Of a stretch of 64,000 nucleotides of DNA, positions 11,643-20,316 are shown in pieces. The position numbers and the translations under genes were made by a program. The notes below the pieces were generated by a model. It had not been told where the DNA came from, made no database searches, and saw only the letters and a program-made list of their open reading frames with translations. Origin of the DNA: Planctomycetota bacterium. GTDB lineage: Bacteria; Planctomycetota; UBA1135; UBA2386. Every line of letters begins with the position of its first letter. Within the stretch, counting starts at the first letter, position 1. The stretch is taken from NCBI GenBank assembly GCA_965223545.1, contig OZ245006.1, positions 2,144,001 to 2,208,000 of the forward strand, read 5' to 3'.

Positions 11643-14600
11643 ATGGCGCCCATGTTCCCAAGGCCCCCCTCGTTACGAGCCTCTCTCTACGGGTTGTCGG
11701 TCGCGTTCGCCGCAGCCGCGCCAACGAGTTCGCAGACCCACACGCTCGACATCGCAGTCCGCACTGGAGCGACGTTCAGCTCGATCGACGCGCAGGTTGC
11801 GGTCAACGATCAGCGCACCATCGCGTTCACCGGCGCGGATGCCAAAGGCAACGGTGTGTTCGCGATGCCCGACCAGGGACAACCAAGAGCCCTCGCGCCA
11901 CAGGCCAGCAGCCGCAACTACTCGGCTGCCGCGATCAACGACACCCTGGTTCCTGAGGTCACCACGCGCGAACGCGCTTCGGGAGCGCCGCCGGTGTACT
12001 TCTTCCGTCGCTGGAGCACTTCCGGGCTGACCGCGACCATCGTCGGGCGTTCGCCCGGAGATTTCGACTCGGCCGTGTCTCGCCTCGACATCAACAACCG
12101 CTCGACGGTCGTTGGAGTCGCACTCGTCGGGGGTCTTTCGTCGACCGCACTCGTCGCCGGATCGGCGTCTCCTCCGACTCGGCTAGCGACCTACTCCGGC
12201 CTGCAGCAGCTGTGGCCGCAGATCTCCGACGACGACGTGGTGGTGGTCACCGATCCGCAGTCGCGGGTCGTCACCTGGCCGTATCCCACGGGGACCGGCG
12301 AAGTCTTTGCCAGCCCAGGGAGCGGCTTCTCCTCGGTCGGAGTGAAGCCCGGCATCAGCGATGACGGGAGCACCGTCGCTTACATCGGCGACAAGGGCGC
12401 GGGCTCGGGGATCTTCATCGGGCTGCGCGGCATGGGAGCCTCCTACCAGTTGCTGGTCGCTGGCGCCGGCACCGAGAACTTCACCGCCATCGACGGCAAC
12501 CACCGCGCAGGAGTCACCGCATCCGGCTCTCTCAGCACGGGCAAGTGGGTCATGCTCGCGTTCCATGGAACGCGCAGCGGCAAGAGCGGGGTGTACTTCG
12601 CACAGCTGCGAGTTCGCGACGTGTCGGGCACGCTGATGGTCGACCGCAAGTCGATCACCGAGATCGCGACGATCAGCACCGCGGTCGGCGGCGCCAACCT
12701 GACCTACGTCGATCTACATCACCCGATCAACGACCGCGGGGACGTCTGCTGTTTCGCCAGCCTCGATGACGGCTCGTCGGCGATCCTGTTGGCCCGCCGC
12801 ACCACGACCGAGATCCGCGACGCCGTGGACTTCGTCGACCCCGCGACGCTGACCGTGTACAGCTCGCCACAGAAGCTCGACGGCGAAGACGGCCAAGAAC
12901 GGATCGGCGTAGCCGCCGATGGCGCTGCACAGCTGTTGTTGCGCGCCACCGTGCCGGGGCCCGGCACGGTGACGTTCAAGTTCGCCGAGCCTAGCGCCAG
13001 CGGGCAAGGCGAGCTGGCTGCGCCCGGCAGTGCGTTCGGCACCGGTGCGGTCACCGCCGCCGCGACGAACGCGAATCCCACCGGCAACTACCGCGGCTAT
13101 TGCCTGTATCGGGGGCCCGCCGACTTCGTCCGGCCGGCGACCAACGACGACGGCGAGGCAACCCGAGCTGTCCCCATCGACGTCGAGTTCCAACCCACGG
13201 CGGGACCGACTACCGGAGACCGCGTCGAGATCGAGCTCTGCCGCCCACCCGTGGTCCTGGCGCACGGGCTGTGGTCCGATGCCGCGACCTGGAAGGGGTC
13301 GTTCGCCGCTCTGCAATCCGGCAGCGAGCCGCGCTTCTTCAGCCATGCAATCGATTACAGCGGCCCACTCGCATCGGCGCCGTTCTCGGCGAACGTGCCG
13401 ACCGTCCGGCTCGGCATTCAGATTGCGCGCAAACTCGCGCACGATGCCGGATTCGCCGCATCCCAGGTCGACTGGGTCGGGCACAGCATGGGCGGTGTGC
13501 TGCCACGCGTCTACTACGAGCGCGCTGCACGCAACGTCGGGGTCGCCTGGAAGAACGCGGCCAACTTCGGCGGCGGTGAGATCCACAAGCTGATCGTGCT
13601 CAACTCGCCGCAGTGGGGCTCACCGTTCGGCAACATGCTGCCCATCGTCACCCAGAATCTCGCGATCAAGGGCTTCGTCCAGGAGTACCTGGAGGGGTAT
13701 GAGGACAATGGAGCCATCGCCAATCTGGCCGAGGGCAGTCCGGCGTATCAATCGATCGGCGCCACTCCGATCCCCACCCACGCACTCGTCGGAGTCGGAG
13801 TGGAGACCCAGATCGCGGGCGCGACGACGACGGTGAATGCTCTGGCCAGGTTTGTGCCACCGCCAACCAGCACGTTTCTGCGGATTGCCGGGCTGTTCGC
13901 GCGCCTGACCAACTCGCTGGTCTACCGCGGCCACCGCCACGACCTGATCGTGCTCGAGAACAGCCAATCCGCGGGCCTCCCCACGAACGCCGTCACGATC
14001 TACAACGGCGGCCTGACCTACCTCCACATGGGCGTCACCAGCAACCAGAGCTACTACGACAAAACCGTCGACCTGTTGCACGCGCCGGTCGCCGGGCCCG
14101 AGTTCGCGCCGCTGCCGGCGCCCAACCTCAATCCCGCGCGTCTGGCGACACCGCCCACCCCCACAGCCACGGCCAACTTGAGCTTCGTGACACCTGCGCT
14201 GGGCGCGACGCTGCAGCCCAACCAATCGGTGACCGTCGAGGTCACACCGACCGGGGGCTTCACCCCGACCTCGGTGGACCTCTTCCTCGGCAGCGACTAC
14301 GCCACCGTGACCTCCCCGCCGTGGCGACACACGTTCACCGTGCCGGCCGAATCGGTGGGCGCGATCGACATCTTGGCGATCGGGGTCGATGCCGGAGGAT
14401 CGCCGGCACTCGCAGGCCCACAGGCGCACGGCATCAACGTCAACGCAACCCTCCAATCAGTGACGGTCGGGCCGCAGGGCACCGCCCTGGTGGAGCCACT
14501 CGAGGAAACCCGGCTCCAAGTCCTCGGCCAGTACTCCGACGGCGTGACGCGCGATCTGACGCGCGCCGCGACCGGCACGACGTACTCGGCCGCGCCAGCC

Positions 14601-15122
14601 GGGATCGTTCGCGTCTCCGCGGATGGACACGTCACCGTGTCCGGCCAAGGCACGGCGACGATCACCGCGTCGAACGCGGGCTTGTCGGGCAACACCGACG
14701 TCGACGTCGCTTTCCCTGCGACGACCGGCTACGGCACGGGAACCGCCGGTGCCGGCGGATTGGTGCCCACCCTCAATGCTCGCGGCGGCCTACCACAACC
14801 CGGCAATCCCGGCTTTCAGCTCGTCTTCGACCGGATCCGCGGCGGCGCACCGGGACAGCTCATCATCGCCGCCCAACCGGCGGACCTGAGCTGGCAGGGT
14901 CTCCGCATCCTGTTCCTACCCATACTGCTGATCAACTTCCCGATGGTCGCGAGCGGGCCGACGGGACAAGCCGGGGCAGGGCAAGTCGTCGTGCCGATCC
15001 CGATCCCCGCACGACCGAGTCTCATCGGCGGCAGCTTCTTCGTGCAGGGCTTCTTCGCCGACGCCGCCGCTGCGCCAGGGCTGTCCCACACGCAAGGACT
15101 CGCCGTCACGATCCAACCCTGA
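11643..15122 (+). CDS. Large secreted protein with alpha/beta-hydrolase (lipase/PGAP1-like) domain and Ig-like domains
   Basis: Signal peptide; VLAHGLWS oxyanion motif; WVGHSMGG nucleophile elbow; Big_2-like segment (GQYSDGVTRDLT..GTATITAS). Confidence 0.8.
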   Translation: MAPMFPRPPSLRASLYGLSVAFAAAAPTSSQTHTLDIAVRTGATFSSIDAQVAVNDQRTIAFTGADAKGNGVFAMPDQGQPRALAPQASSRNYSAAAINDTLVPEVTTRERASGAPPVYFFRRWSTSGLTATIVGRSPGDFDSAVSRLDINNRSTVVGVALVGGLSSTALVAGSASPPTRLATYSGLQQLWPQISDDDVVVVTDPQSRVVTWPYPTGTGEVFASPGSGFSSVGVKPGISDDGSTVAYIGDKGAGSGIFIGLRGMGASYQLLVAGAGTENFTAIDGNHRAGVTASGSLSTGKWVMLAFHGTRSGKSGVYFAQLRVRDVSGTLMVDRKSITEIATISTAVGGANLTYVDLHHPINDRGDVCCFASLDDGSSAILLARRTTTEIRDAVDFVDPATLTVYSSPQKLDGEDGQERIGVAADGAAQLLLRATVPGPGTVTFKFAEPSASGQGELAAPGSAFGTGAVTAAATNANPTGNYRGYCLYRGPADFVRPATNDDGEATRAVPIDVEFQPTAGPTTGDRVEIELCRPPVVLAHGLWSDAATWKGSFAALQSGSEPRFFSHAIDYSGPLASAPFSANVPTVRLGIQIARKLAHDAGFAASQVDWVGHSMGGVLPRVYYERAARNVGVAWKNAANFGGGEIHKLIVLNSPQWGSPFGNMLPIVTQNLAIKGFVQEYLEGYEDNGAIANLAEGSPAYQSIGATPIPTHALVGVGVETQIAGATTTVNALARFVPPPTSTFLRIAGLFARLTNSLVYRGHRHDLIVLENSQSAGLPTNAVTIYNGGLTYLHMGVTSNQSYYDKTVDLLHAPVAGPEFAPLPAPNLNPARLATPPTPTATANLSFVTPALGATLQPNQSVTVEVTPTGGFTPTSVDLFLGSDYATVTSPPWRHTFTVPAESVGAIDILAIGVDAGGSPALAGPQAHGINVNATLQSVTVGPQGTALVEPLEETRLQVLGQYSDGVTRDLTRAATGTTYSAAPAGIVRVSADGHVTVSGQGTATITASNAGLSGNTDVDVAFPATTGYGTGTAGAGGLVPTLNARGGLPQPGNPGFQLVFDRIRGGAPGQLIIAAQPADLSWQGLRILFLPILLINFPMVASGPTGQAGAGQVVVPIPIPARPSLIGGSFFVQGFFADAAAAPGLSHTQGLAVTIQP

Positions 15123-15175
15123 TGGTACGGAGCCTGGCTCCGTACCTTCGATCCAACCCTGATGGTACGGAGCCT
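15109..15175. repeat. 40-bp-period tandem duplication containing REP-like palindrome GGTACGGAGCC-T-GGCTCCGTACC; second copy interrupted by IS110
   Basis: CGATCCAACCCTGATGGTACGGAGCCTG at 15109 and 15149; intact palindrome 15124-15146; missing half resumes at 16822-16835. Confidence 0.92.
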
Positions 15176-15185
15176 GACCTGAAAC

Positions 15186-16568
15186 TCACCCAGCCTCGAC
15201 GATCGGTATGAGCTTGTACCCGAGGGATTTAGCGTTCTGTCGGAGTCCGACGATGCGTCGCTGGGTGAAGCGCTCCTCGTAGGCCTTGGCGCCTTCGTCT
15301 ACGTAGTCCTGGCCGAACTTCAGCATGCGGTAGATGAGCAGGGCCAGTTTGCGGGCGATGGCAAAGATGGCGACGTTGCCGTCCTTCGCGCGGGCGATCT
15401 TGCGGAAGTGTGCGCCGAGAGCTGTCTGAGTACGTTGGAGGGACAGGGCGGCCATCCGGAGGACCGTGGCGATCCTGCTGACCGCGATGTTGTTGCGGTG
15501 CTTCTTGATGCGCTTTCCACCCGAGACGGCTTGACGTGGGCACAGGCGTAGCCAGGAGACGAAGTGCTTCTCGGTCGGGAAAGCATCGAGGTCGTAGCCG
15601 ACCTCGGTGAGCACGATCATGGCCGTGCTCGGGCTGATACCGTCGATTCGCGTGAGATCACACCCGACGAGCCGGCAGAGGGCATCGCGAAGCTCCCGGC
15701 CGCCCTTCGTTCGGATGCTCCTCTCCTTGCGGGGGTCTGGATGCTCGGGGACGTCGGCCGTCTTGGCTTCCTCCGGTTGCAGGTCCTCGATCATCGCCAT
15801 CAATCGCTTCTCGACCGACTCGATCTCGTGGTCGGTGTGCTCGAGCATCCGCAAGCCCGAAGCGAGAGTGAAGATGTGCTCCTCGATCCAGGTCCCTTGC
15901 AAGTGATCCGCGAGCTCCTTCTCGGAGATCTTGCAGCGCGGATCACGCAGTCTGGCGAGCGCTCGAGGGTCGCGTTCACCAGCGAGAATCGCGCGGATGA
16001 TCGCGAGGCCGGTCTTGCCGGTGATGTCCGTTACCGCGCGATGGATCGCCACGTTCATCTGATCCAGTGACCGCTGCATCAACTGCGTGTGGCGCGTGCG
16101 CTGCGCGATCAAAGACGCGGCATGGCGTTGCAGGGTCCGCAACGCACAGATGTCCTTCGGAGGCCGGAACGAAGCGCGAATGAGGCCATAGGTGTGTAGC
16201 TTCTGCAGCCAACTGCAATCGCTGGCATCGGACTTGGAGCGGCCCGGCACGTTCTTCACCTCGCGGGCATTCGCGAGGATGACCTCGAAGCCTCTCGACT
16301 CGAGTAGCTCGTAGACGGGAATCCAGTAGACATAGGTGCTCTCCATCGCGACGGATCGCACTCCGAGCTCCTCCAGCCAGTCCGCGAGCGCCTCTAGTTG
16401 GGGCGTCGTCGTTCCGAATCGCTTGATCGGACGACTGCCGTCGGGTGCTGCTGCGCACACCCAGTGCTCGCGGCTGCCGATGTCGATTCCGGCGGCGTTG
16501 GGCTTCACGACTGGTAATACTTCCGCTGCGGGCTTCTTGCCCTTCCTCGTTCTGCCCTTCCGAGCCAT
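15186..16568 (-). CDS. IS110 family transposase/recombinase (DEDD + Tnp20 domains)
   Basis: GIDIG, AMEST, KSDASD catalytic motifs; IDGIS..VLTEVG..CPRQAVSGG; AIARKL; AAGGAGG RBS. Confidence 0.95.
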   Translation of the reverse strand: MARKGRTRKGKKPAAEVLPVVKPNAAGIDIGSREHWVCAAAPDGSRPIKRFGTTTPQLEALADWLEELGVRSVAMESTYVYWIPVYELLESRGFEVILANAREVKNVPGRSKSDASDCSWLQKLHTYGLIRASFRPPKDICALRTLQRHAASLIAQRTRHTQLMQRSLDQMNVAIHRAVTDITGKTGLAIIRAILAGERDPRALARLRDPRCKISEKELADHLQGTWIEEHIFTLASGLRMLEHTDHEIESVEKRLMAMIEDLQPEEAKTADVPEHPDPRKERSIRTKGGRELRDALCRLVGCDLTRIDGISPSTAMIVLTEVGYDLDAFPTEKHFVSWLRLCPRQAVSGGKRIKKHRNNIAVSRIATVLRMAALSLQRTQTALGAHFRKIARAKDGNVAIFAIARKLALLIYRMLKFGQDYVDEGAKAYEERFTQRRIVGLRQNAKSLGYKLIPIVEAG

Positions 16569-16819
16569 ACTTCATCCTCCTTGTTGTGGTGGGCCCGGCC
16601 CGAGGCGGCGATCAAACGAATCTGACCTGCGGGAGTGGGCACGGCGACGTGCCCCTCACCAGTGAAGGATGGCCAACTCGGACCCAGACTGGCTCTGGGG
16701 CAAACGTGCTCCAGTGGCTATTGGGGGCGTAGCTGCCGGGCCCCTCACACGTTCCCCGCCCCCTTCCTCAGCGGCTAGTTTCCTGCCCTGAAGGGCCGAC
16801 AAAATCTGTCGGGGCAGGA
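16569..16819 (-). ncRNA. Predicted IS110 bridge/seek RNA region
   Basis: Several hairpins; GAGCCAG (16695-16689) matches target flank plus core; CAGGTCAG (16629-16622) matches the donor end plus core; RNA boundaries unknown. Confidence 0.65.
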
Positions 16820-16833
16820 CTGGCTCCGTACCT

Positions 16834-19536
16834 TCAGAAGGGGCGGTAGAAGACGCGGAGCTCCTGGACCGACACGGATTGGGCCAGGCCGCGGTCGAAC
16901 AGGAGCTGGAAGCGCAGGACGGTGGCGTCGGCGGTGTCCAGCACCACTTCGCCGGCCGGGGCAAAGCCGCCGACATAGCGCAGCCATCCGCTCACGGTCG
17001 TCGGGTCGACGTTGCCGCCGGGGTCGTACTGGGCACCTTGGATCCACAGACGCACGGGCTGACCATCGGTCGCCAACACGCCCACAGTGGGATCGTCGCT
17101 GTAGGTGATCGGCACGCCATCGACGATCGCGTCCAGCTCGTAGCGCAAGAACTCCGGCGGGAACAGCTGCTGCGTGCCGATCCAGAGCGACTGCGATGCG
17201 ACGACGGGATCGCGGTCGACGAGCCCGGCGATGCTGGTGCCCGGGCCACTCGCCGGCGTCACGCTCCCGATCAACGACGCCGCGCCGCCGCCGGCGACCT
17301 CGACGCGCACCTGACCGCGACCGCCCGCTCCCCCGCGCGCCTCCATCGTGGCCGCCGGCGGGCCGAACGTCGTGCCCGCCGACCCGCCGGCGACGTCCAA
17401 CCCACCGTCCTGGTCGATGCGTTGGCCCACTTGCAACAGGATGCTGCCGCCCGAGCCGCCGCCGCCGGGCACCGCGTAGGCGTTGGTCGGCGCCAACACG
17501 CCGGCCATGCCGGTGGTGGAACCGCCGGAGGCGTCGATGGCACCCGTATCCGACACGCTCAGATCGCGGCCCGCGCGCACCGCGACCGCGCCGCCCCCGG
17601 CGGCACCACCGCCGCCCGACCGCCAGGAAACCAACGCCGCGATCGAGAAGAACGGGTGGCCGCCCGCGCCGCCGCCGCCCGCCCCGCCGACCACGAAGTG
17701 GTCCAACGAGCTCGACCCCGCCGGCCGCGGCAACAAAGAGAACTCGCGGCCGGCACGCCCGTCGGGGCCGGCTTCGGCCGGGTCGCCGTTGTGGGTCGCG
17801 ACGACCGTGCCGGCCTCTCCGGGCGCCATGAGCGCGCCCCCACCCCCACCCGCCGCGACCTGCGACGAGTACAACCCCGCCACCTGCGTGGTGACCACCG
17901 ACGCGTTGCGTCCATCGGCGGGAAACAACGCAGAACCCCGTCCGCCGCTGCCCGCGGCGCGCGCCGCATAGGCGTGGCCGGCCGACAAGACCGCGTCCCG
18001 CCCCCTCTCGCCGGAGAAGCGCGGCAGGGCGCCGAGTCCGTTGCATCGATCCGCGCCGGCCCCACCGCGTGCGCTCCCGGCCGCCCCACCCGCGGCGCCG
18101 CCATCGGCACCGGGCTGCCCGGTGACGGAGTCGCCGTCCGGCATCGGCCGCCCGACGCCCGACAGGTCCAGCACGCCGTCGATGACGGCGTTGCCGCTGA
18201 CCGAGATGCGCGCCGGGTGGGCTCCCACGAAGCGCACCGTCGTGCCCGCGCCGATGTGGAACTGGGAGAAACGGTAAACGCCATCGGTCACGCGCAGGTC
18301 GGTGCCGGTGCGCGTGCGAACGCGGGAGATCAGCGAGTCCTCGGTGTTCCACTCGTAGACCCCCGGCGCGATTTCGGTGCCGTCGGCCGGGTCGAACACG
18401 CCGTGGATCGCGTCGCCGCCAATGGCACCGGGCAGGGCTTCACCGTTGGCCCAGACCCCGGAAGACGCCCGGTGGTCCAGCTGCAAGTCGTTGTCGAAGG
18501 TCTCGACCAGCGCCACCTCCGCGCGCTGGGAGGGCGCCGTGACGAAGGAGAACACTTTCTCAGCGGCGGGCTTGCCGGACAGATCGACGACGCGCGGCGT
18601 CACCCGGACTTCGACACAGAGCCCACCGGGGACTTCCGAGTCGGGCCGGAAGCTGCCGACCGTCAGCTGACGCAAGGGGTCGTTGAACAGGTCCCAAGTG
18701 CCGGGCACCACGACGGGCGCCGAGGCCGGGTCGCACTGCACACCGCCGCCCGGGGCCGGGCGAGTGTCGCGCACCGTGACCGCCACCGGCTGCGCGCGGT
18801 TGCTCGACGTGATGAACGGAGCCTGGTCGATCACCTCGGAAAACTCGAGCACGATCGGGGTCAGCGGATCGACGCCGGTCGCCAACACCGGCGACAGCAG
18901 CTCGGCACTCGGCGGCTGGCCGTCGAAATCGACGACGCCAAGGGTGACGCTCAACGAGCACCGATAGTCCTCGAGCAACGGATCGCCCGCCGTCGAGCGC
19001 AAGACGCCGACCTGATTGCCGCCACGCACGTAGAGCTGATAGGTCTCCGCCGGACGAAAGCCGAAGAAGCTCTGGGAACCCACGACGCGGATCTCGGGCA
19101 CGAACATCACCGTCGGGCCATTGGTCAGCAACTGACCCACCGGCTCCTCACCGGTCGTCGTGCGCAGCGAAACCGTCGCCGACGACACCGTCGCGGGATC
19201 GACATCCTGACTGAACACCAGCACGATCGGCTGGTTCTGCGCAATCTGGTTGATGCCGCATCCGGCCTGCGTGCAGCCCAGGTTGCACGACTGCAAACAC
19301 AGAGCCGGCCCCGCGGCCGAGGGGGCCGTGCACGACGACTGCAACACCGGTCCAGCACTGCCGCCGCCAGAGCACCCGACACCACCGAGCGCCATCGTGA
19401 CTCCGAGGAGCCCGGCCAAGGAGCGGCCGGCCCGAAGGGCAGGGCGGGACTCGACCACGCGATCAGGGGAGCGCTCGGGCATGAGAACCTGGGACCGGAT
19501 CGGCACCATCGCCAAGGAGGCGAGCACCGGAGACAT
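16834..19536 (-). CDS. Large exported (probable lipo)protein with Ig-like (Big_5-type) domains and glycine-rich region
   Basis: LGGVGC lipobox-like; IVLVFSQDVDPATV and IVLEFSEVID Ig-like motifs; GGGGSGGSILL repeats; start uncertain. Confidence 0.7.
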   Translation of the reverse strand: MSPVLASLAMVPIRSQVLMPERSPDRVVESRPALRAGRSLAGLLGVTMALGGVGCSGGGSAGPVLQSSCTAPSAAGPALCLQSCNLGCTQAGCGINQIAQNQPIVLVFSQDVDPATVSSATVSLRTTTGEEPVGQLLTNGPTVMFVPEIRVVGSQSFFGFRPAETYQLYVRGGNQVGVLRSTAGDPLLEDYRCSLSVTLGVVDFDGQPPSAELLSPVLATGVDPLTPIVLEFSEVIDQAPFITSSNRAQPVAVTVRDTRPAPGGGVQCDPASAPVVVPGTWDLFNDPLRQLTVGSFRPDSEVPGGLCVEVRVTPRVVDLSGKPAAEKVFSFVTAPSQRAEVALVETFDNDLQLDHRASSGVWANGEALPGAIGGDAIHGVFDPADGTEIAPGVYEWNTEDSLISRVRTRTGTDLRVTDGVYRFSQFHIGAGTTVRFVGAHPARISVSGNAVIDGVLDLSGVGRPMPDGDSVTGQPGADGGAAGGAAGSARGGAGADRCNGLGALPRFSGERGRDAVLSAGHAYAARAAGSGGRGSALFPADGRNASVVTTQVAGLYSSQVAAGGGGGALMAPGEAGTVVATHNGDPAEAGPDGRAGREFSLLPRPAGSSSLDHFVVGGAGGGGAGGHPFFSIAALVSWRSGGGGAAGGGAVAVRAGRDLSVSDTGAIDASGGSTTGMAGVLAPTNAYAVPGGGGSGGSILLQVGQRIDQDGGLDVAGGSAGTTFGPPAATMEARGGAGGRGQVRVEVAGGGAASLIGSVTPASGPGTSIAGLVDRDPVVASQSLWIGTQQLFPPEFLRYELDAIVDGVPITYSDDPTVGVLATDGQPVRLWIQGAQYDPGGNVDPTTVSGWLRYVGGFAPAGEVVLDTADATVLRFQLLFDRGLAQSVSVQELRVFYRPF

Positions 19537-19616
19537 TGCTGGAGGACCGGGAAACCCCGATTGTAGTCCCGCTGCGGCCCGATCTGGGGGGGCAACTTCA
19601 GCCCGACCGAGCCCCG

Positions 19617-20216
19617 CTACATCGAACGCCGCAGTTCGACCACGACACCGAGGATCTGAAGCACCGCCGGGTCCGGAACGATCGGCGCGAAGCGGGAGTT
19701 CTCGGGGTGCAACTCCACCCGGCGGCCCCGGCGCCGCAGCGTCTTCACCGTCGCCTCGTCCCCGACCATGGCGACCACCACCTGGCCACTCTGCGCTTCG
19801 GACTGCCGCCGCACCACCACGACGTCACCGTCGAGGATGGACAAGCCGATCATGCTGTCGCCGCGCACTCGCAGGGCGAAGAACGCCTCGCCCGGCAAGC
19901 GCGCATCGATCGCGACAAACCCGTCTGGCGCCTCGATCGCCGCCTGCAGATCGCCAGCCGGCACATCGCCCAAGACCGGCACCAGCCGGGGCGGAACGCC
20001 CGCCGCCCCCGGCAGCCGATAGCCGCGCGCGCCGGCCGCCTGCTCGAGCCGCCCAGCGGCGACCAACGCCGCCAGGTGTTTGCGCGCCGACTCCACCGCG
20101 CGAAAGCCCAATGCCTGCTGTACTTCGCGAACCGTTGGCGGAGCGCCCGCCGCCAAACGGTCGCGGACGTAGGTGAAGACTCTCTCTCGGTTGAGGCCGG
20201 GGGGAGAGTACGCCAT
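19617..20216 (-). CDS. lexA: SOS repressor LexA
   Basis: wHTH PPTVREV..LGF; Ala-Gly cleavage site (VPAG); catalytic Ser (RGDSM) and Lys (ATVK). Confidence 0.93.
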   Translation of the reverse strand: MAYSPPGLNRERVFTYVRDRLAAGAPPTVREVQQALGFRAVESARKHLAALVAAGRLEQAAGARGYRLPGAAGVPPRLVPVLGDVPAGDLQAAIEAPDGFVAIDARLPGEAFFALRVRGDSMIGLSILDGDVVVVRRQSEAQSGQVVVAMVGDEATVKTLRRRGRRVELHPENSRFAPIVPDPAVLQILGVVVELRRSM

Positions 20217-20224
20217 CGGCCGAG

Positions 20225-20253
20225 AGTATGTCAGACATTTGTCTTCCGGCCAA
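20225..20253 (-). promoter_or_regulatory. lexA promoter (TTGGCC-17bp-CATACT) containing candidate LexA operator AGACA-AA-TGTCT (20233-20244)
   Basis: Perfect 12-bp palindromic core inside the spacer; autoregulatory position. Confidence 0.82.
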
Positions 20254-20316
20254 GCTTCGCGCGGCGTTTCGACAGCTCGCCCGCCGGGGCGCGACGGCCA
20301 CACCCCCGCGGTTCGC

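Larger units (their letters stand above)
15174..16822 (-). mobile_element. Complete IS110-family insertion sequence bounded by CTG core repeats
   Basis: Removing the element restores the palindrome GGTACGGAGC-CTG-GCTCCGTACC; no terminal inverted repeats; about 250-bp non-coding upstream end and about 10-bp downstream end. Confidence 0.9.

Noticed and set aside
15176..15190. Sigma-70 promoter formed at the IS110 circle junction (TTTCAG..CAGATT)
   Set aside because: Match to consensus is too weak to call from sequence alone.
16796..16812. CCGACA-AAATC-TGTCGG resembling the LexA box
   Set aside because: Spacer is 5 nt rather than 2 and it lies within the IS110 end; better explained as an RNA hairpin.
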